NCBI RefSeq assembly: GCF_000260965.1
Contig: NC_017856.1
Location: 2,460,001-2,492,000 of the forward strand
Source: Methylophaga frappieri
GTDB lineage: Bacteria; Pseudomonadota; Gammaproteobacteria; Nitrosococcales; Methylophagaceae
DNA: 32,000 nucleotides
Direction of reading: 5' to 3'
Part shown: one piece after another, positions 13,402-24,797 of the stretch
Layout: the number at the start of each line of letters is the position of its first letter
Numbering within the stretch: the first letter of the stretch is position 1
Program-made: the position numbers and the translations under genes
The notes under the pieces: generated by a model
Databases searched by the model: none
What the model was told of the DNA's origin: nothing
What the model saw: only the letters and a program-made list of their open reading frames with translations

Positions 13402-15447
13402 ATGAAAAAACTTACCTCACTTATTTTGCTTGCCGTCAGCCAGCCGGCAATATCACATGAATTGGAGACGCTGACAGTTGAAGGTCGGCAGATTAATTTG
13501 GTCGGGGATGCCGTTTCTGCGTCCGAAGGCGTAGTCGGGCAAAAGGAAATTTCGCTGAGACCGATGTTGCGTACCGGTGAGGTGCTGGAAATGGTACCCG
13601 GTATGGTGGTCACACAGCATAGCGGCACCGGCAAGGCAAATCAGTATTTCTTGCGTGGTTTTAACCTTGACCACGGGACGGATTTTGCGACCTTTGTTGA
13701 TGGTATGCCAGTCAATATGCGAACCCATGGCCATGGTCAGGGGTATTCTGATTTAAATTTTGTTATTCCCGAAACTATCAGCAAACTGACTTATAAAAAA
13801 GGCGCGTATTACGCGGATGTTGGTGATTTTAGTGGGGCGGGCAGTGCCAGAATCGATACTGCCGATGCCTTTGAGCAAGGCCTGGCAAGTATGACTGTTG
13901 GTCATGATGATTATTATCGTTTACTGGTCATGGATAGCATTCGCTTTGCTGGTGGTACCACTTCTTATGCGATTGAGGGGAATCGTTATCACGGGCCTTG
14001 GTCTGATATTGATGAAGATCTGGACAAATTAAATTTACTTTTAAAGCATACGATTCCGCTGACCGATGGGCATTTGAATCTGACCTTTATGGCTTATGAC
14101 AATAGTTGGAATAGTGCGGATCAGATTCCCGAAAGGGCGGTGAACCAAGGTCAGATCAGTGAATTGGGTTCAATTGATGATACGGTTGGCGGGGAGTCCA
14201 GTCGTTACAGTTTCAGCCTTGATTGGCAGCAGGGAAACTGGCAGGCATCAGCCTATCTGATTGATTACGATATGAACCTGTGGTCTAACTTTACTTATTT
14301 TCTTGATGATGAAGTCAATGGCGATCAGTTTGAACAAGTTGATGATCGCCTGATTTATGGTGGTCAGCTCAGTTATCTGCTGGATGGCGATTTGGCTGGC
14401 AAGGCGATGACCAACCGTTTCGGGCTGGATCTGCGTGTTGATGATATTGATGAAGTCGGTCTCTATCATACTCGTGCCCGACAACGGCTTGGTGTAACAC
14501 GAAGTGATGAAGTGAAAGAACTTAGTACGGGATTATTCTGGGAAAATCGTATTGTCTGGAATGACCAGCTGAGAACGGTGCTCGGGGCTCGCTATGATTA
14601 TTATCATTTTGATGTGGATGACCGGGTCGGGGTGAATCGCAATGGGGTAGATTTATCAAGCAACAGTGGTGAAACGGATGATGATTTGTTGTCTTTTAAA
14701 GGCAGTGTCATTTATGCCTTTAATCACGAGTGGGAAGCCTATATTTCTGCAGGCCAAGGCTTTCATTCCAACGATGCGCGTGGCACAACGATAAATATCG
14801 ACCCGGCTGATGGCAACGGTGTGTCAACGGTTGATCCGTTGGTTCGATCTTTTGGGTACGAGACCGGTTTACGCGGATTTATCACAGATAAACTATCGGT
14901 TTCGATGGCATTATGGACACTGGAACTCGACAGTGAACTGGTGTTTGTTGGTGATGCGGGTAATACCGAAGCCAGCCGCGAATCGGAACGTAAGGGTGTC
15001 GAATTAACGATGCATTATCATCTTGATGACCATTGGAGTCTGGATCTGGAATACGCTTATACCGATGCGGAGTTTAAAGACGATGCGCCTGAAGGTAATG
15101 AAATCCCTGGCGCTATAAAAAACGTCTTTCAAGCGGGCTTAACCGCCGATTTCCCAAGTGGCTGGTTTGGCAGTCTTCGGGTGCGCCATTTTGGCGAGCG
15201 TCCCTTAATTGAAGATGGTTCTGTTAAATCTGATGACAGCACAATCTGGAATTTACGCGTCGGCTATCGTGTTAATAACTGGACTTTCCGAGGGGATGTA
15301 CTCAATCTGACTGACAGCAATGACAGTGATATTGACTATTTCTATGCGTCACGTCTGGCGGGTGAGCCAAGTGGCGGGGTTGAGGACATTCATTTTCATC
15401 CTATTGAACCACGCACCTTCCGGTTCACCGCTGAATATCGGTTTTGA
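13402..15447 (+). CDS. TonB-dependent outer-membrane receptor (substrate unknown)
   Basis: Start placed at ATG 13402 (MKKLTSLILLAVSQPAISHE signal peptide, GGAAAA upstream). Plug motifs ETLTVEG, VTQHSGTGKANQYFLRGF, DGMPVN. Long beta-barrel ending FTAEYRF (terminal Phe). Confidence 0.85.
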   Translation: MKKLTSLILLAVSQPAISHELETLTVEGRQINLVGDAVSASEGVVGQKEISLRPMLRTGEVLEMVPGMVVTQHSGTGKANQYFLRGFNLDHGTDFATFVDGMPVNMRTHGHGQGYSDLNFVIPETISKLTYKKGAYYADVGDFSGAGSARIDTADAFEQGLASMTVGHDDYYRLLVMDSIRFAGGTTSYAIEGNRYHGPWSDIDEDLDKLNLLLKHTIPLTDGHLNLTFMAYDNSWNSADQIPERAVNQGQISELGSIDDTVGGESSRYSFSLDWQQGNWQASAYLIDYDMNLWSNFTYFLDDEVNGDQFEQVDDRLIYGGQLSYLLDGDLAGKAMTNRFGLDLRVDDIDEVGLYHTRARQRLGVTRSDEVKELSTGLFWENRIVWNDQLRTVLGARYDYYHFDVDDRVGVNRNGVDLSSNSGETDDDLLSFKGSVIYAFNHEWEAYISAGQGFHSNDARGTTINIDPADGNGVSTVDPLVRSFGYETGLRGFITDKLSVSMALWTLELDSELVFVGDAGNTEASRESERKGVELTMHYHLDDHWSLDLEYAYTDAEFKDDAPEGNEIPGAIKNVFQAGLTADFPSGWFGSLRVRHFGERPLIEDGSVKSDDSTIWNLRVGYRVNNWTFRGDVLNLTDSNDSDIDYFYASRLAGEPSGGVEDIHFHPIEPRTFRFTAEYRF

Positions 15448-15472
15448 TACCGCTCAGAAGCTGAGATAAGTT

Positions 15473-15504
15473 TATCTGGCGTCCAACTAACTGGACGCCA
15501 GATA
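15473..15504. terminator. 13-bp stem hairpin between convergent TonB-receptor and katG genes
   Basis: TATCTGGCGTCCA (15473-15485), loop ACTAAC, TGGACGCCAGATA (15492-15504). No clear U-tract on either side, so intrinsic-terminator function is uncertain. Confidence 0.5.
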
Positions 15505-15527
15505 GATTAATAGTTGAGTAAACGGGC

Positions 15528-17774
<2,247 letters not shown>

Positions 17775-17846
17775 TTAGGGTGGAGCAAGATTCAGTATTG
17801 ATATGCCTCGATTGATTAGTAAATTTGAATAATTTGATTTTCGTAT

Positions 17847-18758
17847 TCAATTATTTTGATTGAGCTGAGTGCGTAATGATTGCTTGGCTAAATCAATGAG
17901 CGTTTCAATGTTAGATAATCGCGTGAAATTAGGGCGGATAATGAAGGCAAGCTGTCGATGCGGTCCCGGCGCCTTGAGGTGTACCACTGAGAGGGATTCG
18001 TGCTGGGCAGTTAATTGATCGACCGCCATGGCTGGAATCAGTGTCGTCCCTAGGTGACACAACACCATTTGAATCAAGGTATTCAGACTGGTGGCGTTGA
18101 AGCTTTGATTGTCACTTTGCTTGGCGAGATTGCAAGCATCGACAATATGATCTTTTAGGCAATGTCCTTCCTGAAGCAAGAGCAAATTACACTGGGCCAA
18201 TTGTTCACCGGTAATGTCCTGTTGATCGGTAAAGCGTTCTCCTTTTGGTGCAATCCAGTAAAAATCCTCTTCCCAAAAGTCCAACGTCAGCAGGCCATCA
18301 CAAGGAAAAGGGAGCGCCAGTACGGCGGCATCCAATTCACCTCGTTTAACCAAATCAACCAGTTGTAAAGACTGGTTTTCGACAATCTGTAAGCGGGCGA
18401 GTGGATATTGTTTTTTGAGTAGTGGTAATAGTTTAGGAAGTAAGTAGGGTGCGATCGTGGGGATCAGGCCAATCTTCATGGGATAGCTGAAAGGCAGTTT
18501 CTGATTATCGGCAAAATGCTGAAGATCATCGACCTGAAGCATAATAAATCGCGCTTGCAGTAAGACACGCCTGCCGATTGGGGTCACCAGAACTTTCCGG
18601 TTGTCCCGCTCAAAAATTTTCAGACCTAGCTGTTTTTCTAACTCGTTTAAGGCCGTACTAAGCGCTGAGGGGCTGATATTGCATTCTTCAGCGGCCCGCT
18701 TGAAATGAAGTGTGTCTTCCACACTGAGAGCATAACTGAGCTGCTTGATAGAAATCAT
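17847..18758 (-). CDS. oxyR: LysR-family hydrogen-peroxide sensor OxyR
   Basis: Start at ATG 18758 (MISIKQLSYA...). HTH FKRAAEECNISPSALSTALNELE. The redox pair context LLLLQEGHCLKDHIVDAC matches E. coli LLMLEDGHCLRDQAMGFC (Cys199/Cys208). Confidence 0.85.
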   Translation of the reverse strand: MISIKQLSYALSVEDTLHFKRAAEECNISPSALSTALNELEKQLGLKIFERDNRKVLVTPIGRRVLLQARFIMLQVDDLQHFADNQKLPFSYPMKIGLIPTIAPYLLPKLLPLLKKQYPLARLQIVENQSLQLVDLVKRGELDAAVLALPFPCDGLLTLDFWEEDFYWIAPKGERFTDQQDITGEQLAQCNLLLLQEGHCLKDHIVDACNLAKQSDNQSFNATSLNTLIQMVLCHLGTTLIPAMAVDQLTAQHESLSVVHLKAPGPHRQLAFIIRPNFTRLSNIETLIDLAKQSLRTQLNQNN

Positions 18759-18889
18759 AGTACTGAACTTTAATAAGTAAATTATCAAAATTTTATCTAA
18801 ACAGCGGCTAGCCTTTATCAGCATGCTGCGCGCTAGAGGTCAGTATTTTCCGCTAAATTGTCAGCATGGCATTGTCTCTCATTTAAATA

Positions 18890-18906
18890 ATGATATGATG
18901 TATCAT
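18890..18906. promoter_or_regulatory. Fur-family-like inverted repeat ATGATA-N5-TATCAT (candidate Zur/Fur box)
   Basis: Sits within AATAATGATATGATGTATCATAATT, 17 nt upstream of the MerC-like ATG, in the divergent oxyR/MerC-like region. It resembles Fur-box half-sites (AATGAT/ATCATT). AT-rich context makes a chance match plausible. Confidence 0.35.
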
Positions 18907-18922
18907 AATTTATGGAGAGATT

Positions 18923-19303
18923 ATGAAAGATAAATTTGCAATGTTAGTTTCAGGGGCGTGTTTACTGCACTGTATTCTGACGCCCATGCTTATCGGTATG
19001 GGCATCATGGGCGCTGTGGGGGAGTGGTTGGGTTCAGAGTGGACGCATCGTTTATTGTTGGTACCCGTCGTGATGCTGGCTTTACTCAGTTTGCCTTCGG
19101 CATATCGGTTCCACCGTCAACATTGGCCGATTGTTCTCGCCATATTAGCGATTACCGCACTTATTACTTCGTTAGTCGTGCCCGAACGATTTGAATTACT
19201 GTTGACTGTGCCTGCGGCGATTTTATTGATTGTTGCGCATGGCTGGAATTTGCTGTTAATGCGGCAGTTTGGGCCAGTCATTATTGAACCAGTGAATGGA
19301 TAA
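18923..19303 (+). CDS. MerC-family-like small inner-membrane protein
   Basis: 126 aa, four predicted TM helices. The N-terminal GACLLHCILTP motif is typical of MerC-domain proteins as I recall them. Confidence 0.55.
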   Translation: MKDKFAMLVSGACLLHCILTPMLIGMGIMGAVGEWLGSEWTHRLLLVPVVMLALLSLPSAYRFHRQHWPIVLAILAITALITSLVVPERFELLLTVPAAILLIVAHGWNLLLMRQFGPVIIEPVNG

Positions 19304-19433
19304 CCCCCTTTTTAATAGTCATGCCGGGACGCCAGCCCCAAGAGAATATCAATTAGCTGCTGAGACGGCCTTGGAGAAATGACAATAAGCCTGCTTGGCT
19401 AATGAATGCCTTGCCACGACAAGAGAATGTTTT

Positions 19434-20090
19434 ATGTTAGCGAGTACCTGCCGGACATTGGATGTGTATCCCCAAACAACGCAAATAAATCGCCTTGTCG
19501 ATCTGACCGAAATCTATCGTCCTGAAGTGAATCTTGTTCAGTGGCTGCGTGAGCCAGACGCGCGCTTTGAGATAGATATTAAATCGCTGCTATCACGTCC
19601 TGCATTAGCCATCCGGCAGCAGGTGTCATCAAATATCACTTTAATGTCACTGGGTAATTATCTCCGATTACCCTCTGAAAGCCTTTTGTTGTTCGATATT
19701 CAAAGACTGATATCGCTGTTTGCCGACTTATTTGATTTACATGAGGTTGGTCTTCGTTTGGAAAAAATTGGCGCCACGATGTGCCCACGATTTCATACAG
19801 ACAAGCTCGCTTGTCGTTTGGTCACGGCTTATCATGGCGTGGGCACGCAATGGTTGGATGAAAATAACATTGATCGTTGTAAATTAGGGGCGGGTGCTGC
19901 CGGACTGCCTGATAGCCAATCTGGAATTTACCAATTCGAGAATCAGATTCGTACTGCGAATACGAGTGATGTGTTACTGCTAAAAGGGGATAGTTGGCCG
20001 GAAAGTCCTGTGGCCGGAATTGTCCACCGATCCCCTCCGGCATGTCCGAATCAGCCACGTTTGCTGTTAACATTAGACTTTGCAGATTAA
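19434..20090 (+). CDS. DUF1826-like hypothetical protein
   Basis: Start placed at ATG 19434 (AAGAGA upstream); the track start 19395 is a TTG. Soluble protein of about 218 aa. The DUF1826 assignment is from memory of family composition and zinc-cluster context, with no firm motif. Confidence 0.45.
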   Translation: MLASTCRTLDVYPQTTQINRLVDLTEIYRPEVNLVQWLREPDARFEIDIKSLLSRPALAIRQQVSSNITLMSLGNYLRLPSESLLLFDIQRLISLFADLFDLHEVGLRLEKIGATMCPRFHTDKLACRLVTAYHGVGTQWLDENNIDRCKLGAGAAGLPDSQSGIYQFENQIRTANTSDVLLLKGDSWPESPVAGIVHRSPPACPNQPRLLLTLDFAD

Positions 20091-20102
20091 GGAAACGGCT
20101 TA

Positions 20103-20675
20103 ATGACGAGGTTCAGAAACAGGATAGTGTTGGTCAGCTTACTGATTTTGTCCGGCTTTTCTGTCCAGGCACACGATCATGCACACACTGACGACAATTT
20201 GGCCGCGGCGCATGTTCATGGGCAGGCCGAATTAAATATTGTCATTGAGCAAGGTGAAGCATTTGCCGAGTGGCAAACGCCGCTGGATAACTTGCTTGGG
20301 TTTGAACACGTGCCGGCAACTGATGCGCAAAAACAACGCTATACGGCGCTGCGAGAAAGTATGCAATCTGTGGATGCGGTGTTTACCTTGGTTGATGGCC
20401 AATGTGTTCAACACGGGGTCGAGTTGAACCAGCCTTTTGTCGGGCATCACGAACATAATCATGACGGCCATGATCACCAGCATGATGAGCATGGGCATTT
20501 TGAACTGCAGGCGACCTACCATTTAAAGTGTGCTGAAGGTGACGCGATTACCGGCTTGGTGACCAACTTGTTTGCACGCTATCCCCGGTTACAATCAATT
20601 CACGTACAATTAATCAATAATCGTGGGCAACAGGCGTTTGAACTGACCCCAGCCAAGCCAAATCAACGCTGGTAA
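20103..20675 (+). CDS. zrgA: Periplasmic His-rich zinc-binding protein, ZrgA-like (DUF2796)
   Basis: Signal peptide RIVLVSLLILSGFSVQA, then HDHAHTDD...AAHVHG, an internal His tract GHHEHNHDGHDHQHDEHGH (about 20442-20498), and conserved F.L.A.Y.L.C. Followed by zur and flanked by DUF3299 plus ABC genes, as in the Vibrio zrgABCDE locus. Confidence 0.65.
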   Translation: MTRFRNRIVLVSLLILSGFSVQAHDHAHTDDNLAAAHVHGQAELNIVIEQGEAFAEWQTPLDNLLGFEHVPATDAQKQRYTALRESMQSVDAVFTLVDGQCVQHGVELNQPFVGHHEHNHDGHDHQHDEHGHFELQATYHLKCAEGDAITGLVTNLFARYPRLQSIHVQLINNRGQQAFELTPAKPNQRW

Positions 20676-20681
20676 CTCAAT

Positions 20682-21146
20682 ATGGTGACAATGACAAAAA
20701 TTGAAGCGGTGCTGACGCGTGCAGATCAAACCTGTCAGCAACAAGGAGCGAGACTGACCAGTAAAAGACGCACAATGCTGGCGATTTTACTGGAAGCAGG
20801 CGTACCTTGTTCTGCCTATGAAATTGTCGAGCACTATCGGGAAAAGACCGGTGAGACCATTCCAGCCATGTCGGTTTATAGAATGTTGGATTTTTTGATG
20901 GCCCAAGGCTTGGTTCATAAGCTTGCCTCCACGAATAAGTTCATTGCCTGCGAACACATAACCTGTAGTCATAGTCACAAGGCGCCCCAATTCCTGATTT
21001 GTGATGGTTGTCACTCTGTACAAGAGATAGGCGTAGATAAAACCCTGTTTAATGCTTTGCAGCACAGTATTGACCAACAGCATTTTCAGCTCAATAGTCC
21101 GCAGCTGGAGTTACATGGTCTGTGTGAAGTTTGTCAGCGGCCTTAA
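20682..21146 (+). CDS. zur: Fur-family zinc uptake regulator Zur
   Basis: 154 aa. Winged-helix region SAYEIVEHYRE...SVYRMLDFLMAQGLVHK. Metal sites CEHITCSHSH, ICDGCHSV and LHGLCEVC. Zinc-cluster context. Confidence 0.8.
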   Translation: MVTMTKIEAVLTRADQTCQQQGARLTSKRRTMLAILLEAGVPCSAYEIVEHYREKTGETIPAMSVYRMLDFLMAQGLVHKLASTNKFIACEHITCSHSHKAPQFLICDGCHSVQEIGVDKTLFNALQHSIDQQHFQLNSPQLELHGLCEVCQRP

Positions 21147-21148
21147 AC

Positions 21149-21712
21149 TCACTTTTCTTCAGTGTAAATGGTAATATTTTCGGCCTGCATAGCATACGCT
21201 GAAACGGCCAGATCATTTTCGGTCAGCGTTGTACTTAGCCGGCCTTCAACCCAGTAGGGGGTATAGATTTCATCAATCTGAATACCGGCCTCATGATAGA
21301 CATAGATAATCTGATTTGGCGGTGGTGGAGGCAGGTGAATGCAGGCACCAAAATAGGGAACAAGAAAAAACTCCGTGGCGCGTTGTTCAGCATCCATATT
21401 CACCGGCACAATAAAACCGGGCAGACGAATATCGCGGTTATCAAAATCTGCCACGACATTTTGTGAGACGAGTGCCTGTTGATAAGGGTCATCCGCTTTG
21501 GTTGATTGCTCCAGTGCTCCGACCATACTGTTAGCAAGCTGATCTTCCAAACTGCCATCTTCGATGTCATCCAGATAAGCGGGCGGGTTTTCCAAAGCAG
21601 CCAAATCATCCGCTGGAAGCAGGTCAATCCAGTCTATTTGCGTAAAGTTGTCCGCGATAGCGGTAAAACAGAGGCAGAATAAAAACGTCAGCGTTGGAAT
21701 CAATCGAAACAT
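21149..21712 (-). CDS. DUF3299 domain periplasmic protein (ZrgD-like, tentative)
   Basis: Start at ATG 21712 (MFRLIPTLTFLFCLCFTAIA signal peptide). Signature FFLVPYFGACIHLPPPPPNQIIYV is characteristic of DUF3299. Confidence 0.7.
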   Translation of the reverse strand: MFRLIPTLTFLFCLCFTAIADNFTQIDWIDLLPADDLAALENPPAYLDDIEDGSLEDQLANSMVGALEQSTKADDPYQQALVSQNVVADFDNRDIRLPGFIVPVNMDAEQRATEFFLVPYFGACIHLPPPPPNQIIYVYHEAGIQIDEIYTPYWVEGRLSTTLTENDLAVSAYAMQAENITIYTEEK

Positions 21713-21777
21713 AACCAGTCTCAAATACAGAAAACAGATAGCATGGCGTAACCTAATTTATTCAGCAAACGAAAATC

Positions 21778-22446
21778 ATGATGCTGCACATTAAACAACT
21801 CGCTTTCAAGCATAAGAGAGACCCCTCTTGGCTGCTTAAAATTCCCGACTGGCAGGTGAAACCGGCCGAAACCATCTTCATTCAAGGTGCCTCGGGAAGT
21901 GGAAAATCGACATTGTTAGGCCTGATAGCCGGGCTGATTATCCCCACGCATGGCGATATTGAAATTGCCGGAACACATATCAATGCTTTGTCAGGCCACC
22001 ACCGGGATGCGTTCCGACGACGGCATATCGGTATGGTTTTTCAGCGATTTAACCTCATTCCTTATTTAAGCGTGCTGGACAATTTACGACTGGTTGGCCA
22101 TTTTTCAGAACAATCGGCTTCGCAGTGGCAACATCGAGCCGTTACGTTACTGGAAAATCTCGGCTTAAATGGTGACTTGCTCCAACGCCAGGCTGCCGCG
22201 TTAAGTGTGGGGCAGCAACAACGCGTGGCCATTGCCCGAGCCATGTTGAATCAGCCGGCGTTATTATTGGTTGATGAGCCAACCTCTGCGCTGGATAAGC
22301 AACACCGTGACCAGTTTATGAGCTTGTTGATGCAGCAACTTGAGACGACGGACACAGCGCTGGTATTTGTCAGTCATGATGAAACCCTGGCAGGCTATTT
22401 CCATACGCCTATATCGATGACGCAGTTTCAGTCGGAGTGGGTATGA
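21778..22446 (+). CDS. ABC transporter ATP-binding protein (MacB/LolD-like; ZrgB-like)
   Basis: Walker A GASGSGKST, Q-loop, ABC signature LSVGQQQRVAIARA, Walker B LLLVDEPTSALD, H-loop VSHD. Confidence 0.88.
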   Translation: MMLHIKQLAFKHKRDPSWLLKIPDWQVKPAETIFIQGASGSGKSTLLGLIAGLIIPTHGDIEIAGTHINALSGHHRDAFRRRHIGMVFQRFNLIPYLSVLDNLRLVGHFSEQSASQWQHRAVTLLENLGLNGDLLQRQAAALSVGQQQRVAIARAMLNQPALLLVDEPTSALDKQHRDQFMSLLMQQLETTDTALVFVSHDETLAGYFHTPISMTQFQSEWV

Positions 22447-23657
22447 CCATGTTAATTAAACTTGCCTGGCACAGCATGTGGTCGCGGGCGGGCAGTGTTT
22501 TATTGACCGTAATGATGCTGGCCGTCAGTATTCTCGTGCTGGTTAGCGTTGATAGTATCCGGCAACAAACCAAAAGTTATTTTCAGCATGCGGTTTCAGA
22601 TGTGGATTTAATTGTTGGTCCGCGGACGGGGCAAACCAATCTGTTGCTGTATTCAATTTTTCATATTGGTGTGCCATCTCATAATTTGAGTGGTAAAAGC
22701 TATGCGATGTTGCAAGCAATGCCGGAAATTGACTGGTTGATTCCACTGTCGCTCGGCGATTCACACCGTGGCTATCGTGTTGTTGGGACCTCAACAACCC
22801 TGTTTAACCGCTTTCGCTATGCAGATAAACAGCCACTTAAATTTGAAAGTGGACAAGCTTTTTCAGCCGTGAAAGACGCCGTTATCGGTGCAGAAGTGGC
22901 AAGACAATTGAATTATCAAATTGGCAACGAGATAACGCTGGCGCATGGCATGACCGATGTCAGTTTTGCCCGGCATGATGCGCATCCTTTTACAATAACG
23001 GGCGTGCTGGAACCGACAGGTACGCCATTAGATAGATCCGTGCTGGTGAGTCTGGATGGTTTAGATGCGATTCATGCCAACTGGCCGGGTAGTGCAACTA
23101 CTGCTGGGCAAAGTCAGGAAGTCACGGCAGTTATGCTTGGACTGACTTCAAAAATTCAGACGTTTCGGGTGCAACAGCAGATAAATGCTTACACGGGGGC
23201 ACCATTACAGGCAATTTTGCCGGGTGCCACCTTAAGTCAGTTATGGTCGATGTTGGGTGGGGTAGAGCAAAGTCTGCAAGTGATAGCATGGCTGGTTTTA
23301 TTGGCCGCTTTAACCGGGATGGCAAATGTTTTACTGCTATCAATGCGGGAGAGACGTCAAGAGCTGGCGGTGTTAAGGGCGCTCGGCTATCCGCGTTGGT
23401 TTTTGTTTATGTTGCTACAAATTGAGGCGTTACTGATCACGCTGGCAGCCATCCTGTTGGCGATGGCAGTGCTCTGGCCAATGGGCAGTTTACTGCGCCA
23501 CTGGTTGCTAGAGACATTTGGTCTGTATCTGCCACATGGGCTAATACAATTAAATACGTTGCCATTGCTATTGGCAGTTCTGCTGGCAGCAATCATAACG
23601 GCACTTTGGCCGGGTATTCAGGCCTATCGGCAGGGATTGGGCCGACAGCTAGATTAG
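22443..23657 (+). CDS. ABC transporter permease, FtsX/MacB-type (ZrgC-like)
   Basis: ATG 22443 overlaps the ATPase stop (ATGA). N-terminal TM, a periplasmic loop of about 220 aa, then three C-terminal TMs with the FtsX-type LRALGY motif. Confidence 0.8.
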   Translation: MTMLIKLAWHSMWSRAGSVLLTVMMLAVSILVLVSVDSIRQQTKSYFQHAVSDVDLIVGPRTGQTNLLLYSIFHIGVPSHNLSGKSYAMLQAMPEIDWLIPLSLGDSHRGYRVVGTSTTLFNRFRYADKQPLKFESGQAFSAVKDAVIGAEVARQLNYQIGNEITLAHGMTDVSFARHDAHPFTITGVLEPTGTPLDRSVLVSLDGLDAIHANWPGSATTAGQSQEVTAVMLGLTSKIQTFRVQQQINAYTGAPLQAILPGATLSQLWSMLGGVEQSLQVIAWLVLLAALTGMANVLLLSMRERRQELAVLRALGYPRWFLFMLLQIEALLITLAAILLAMAVLWPMGSLLRHWLLETFGLYLPHGLIQLNTLPLLLAVLLAAIITALWPGIQAYRQGLGRQLD

Positions 23658-23676
23658 CGGCCGGCCCAGTCAATGC

Positions 23677-24783
23677 TTAGTTTTTTGGCTTGACTTGCCA
23701 GATTTCGCCCGCATCAGTAGCAAGATAGAGATAGCCATTGCCGGCTTCGATAACATTGCGAATGCGCGCCTTTTTGTCTTCAAAATAGCGATATTCTTCG
23801 ACCGGATTCTGACCATCAAGCTCAATATGATTCAAATGTTGTAGTGCCATTGCGCCCGTTAGTAAATCGCCTTGCAGTGATGGAAATGCTGTGCCCTGAT
23901 ATTGGATGAGACCACTGGGGGCAATCGAAGGAATGTAAACTTTTTTCGCATTGACCATGCCCGCAACTTCTGGCTCGCCAACGGCAACCGGTCCCCAATA
24001 TTCTTTGCCCTGCGATGCTTCAGGCCAACCATAGTTTTGTCCGGGCTTTATGAGATTAATTTCATCGCCGCCCCGGGGACCATGTTCAATTTCCCATAAG
24101 GAATTGGTTTTTCGGTTATAGAATAAGCCTTGTGGATTACGATGCCCGTAACTCCAAATCTCGGGACGCACGTTTTCCTGTCCGACAAATGGATTATCTT
24201 TCGGAACACTACCGTCAAGGTTGAGTCTTAAGACTTTGCCATTATGCCGCGATAAATCCTGTGCCTGGTCACGTTCACCCCGATCGCCGATGCCAAAAAA
24301 GACATGTCCTTGCGCATCAAAAACGATACGACTGCCATAATGCTGGCCTTTGCCGGTACGCGAATCGGTAACCAGCAAATCCTGCCACCCGGTCAGTTTA
24401 TTTTGTGTCAGTTTGGCTCTAGCGAGGGTGGTCGCACCTTGTCCGTCAATCGCTTTGCTGTAGGTAAAGTAAATCCAGCCAGAGTCAGTATAATCCGGCG
24501 CCACCGCAACGTCTAAAAAGCCAGCCTGGCCGGTTATGATGATATCGTCTGGCGTCTGTTTGATGGCGGTTTTTTCGCCAGTGCGAATATCAACACGATG
24601 CAGCGCGCCGCTTTTGCTAGTTACCAGCAAATGGTGTGTATCAATAAAAGCCATTCCCCATGGTGTACCCAGTCCAGTGACAATCGGGTCGACAACAATC
24701 TTATCCATATCCAGTGGCGCAGCCTGAACTGTGCCAGCGAATAAACCGAGTCCGAGGACTACAGTCGGTGACATGATTTTCAT
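23677..24783 (-). CDS. PQQ-dependent soluble sugar (aldose/sorbosone) dehydrogenase, YliI-like
   Basis: Start at ATG 24783 with AGGAG upstream, then signal peptide. HYGSRIVFDAQGHVFFGIGDRGE, GHRNPQGL and EHGPRGGDEIN...GQNYGWP are beta-propeller family signatures. Confidence 0.8.
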   Translation of the reverse strand: MKIMSPTVVLGLGLFAGTVQAAPLDMDKIVVDPIVTGLGTPWGMAFIDTHHLLVTSKSGALHRVDIRTGEKTAIKQTPDDIIITGQAGFLDVAVAPDYTDSGWIYFTYSKAIDGQGATTLARAKLTQNKLTGWQDLLVTDSRTGKGQHYGSRIVFDAQGHVFFGIGDRGERDQAQDLSRHNGKVLRLNLDGSVPKDNPFVGQENVRPEIWSYGHRNPQGLFYNRKTNSLWEIEHGPRGGDEINLIKPGQNYGWPEASQGKEYWGPVAVGEPEVAGMVNAKKVYIPSIAPSGLIQYQGTAFPSLQGDLLTGAMALQHLNHIELDGQNPVEEYRYFEDKKARIRNVIEAGNGYLYLATDAGEIWQVKPKN

Positions 24784-24797
24784 GATTAACTCCTGAT

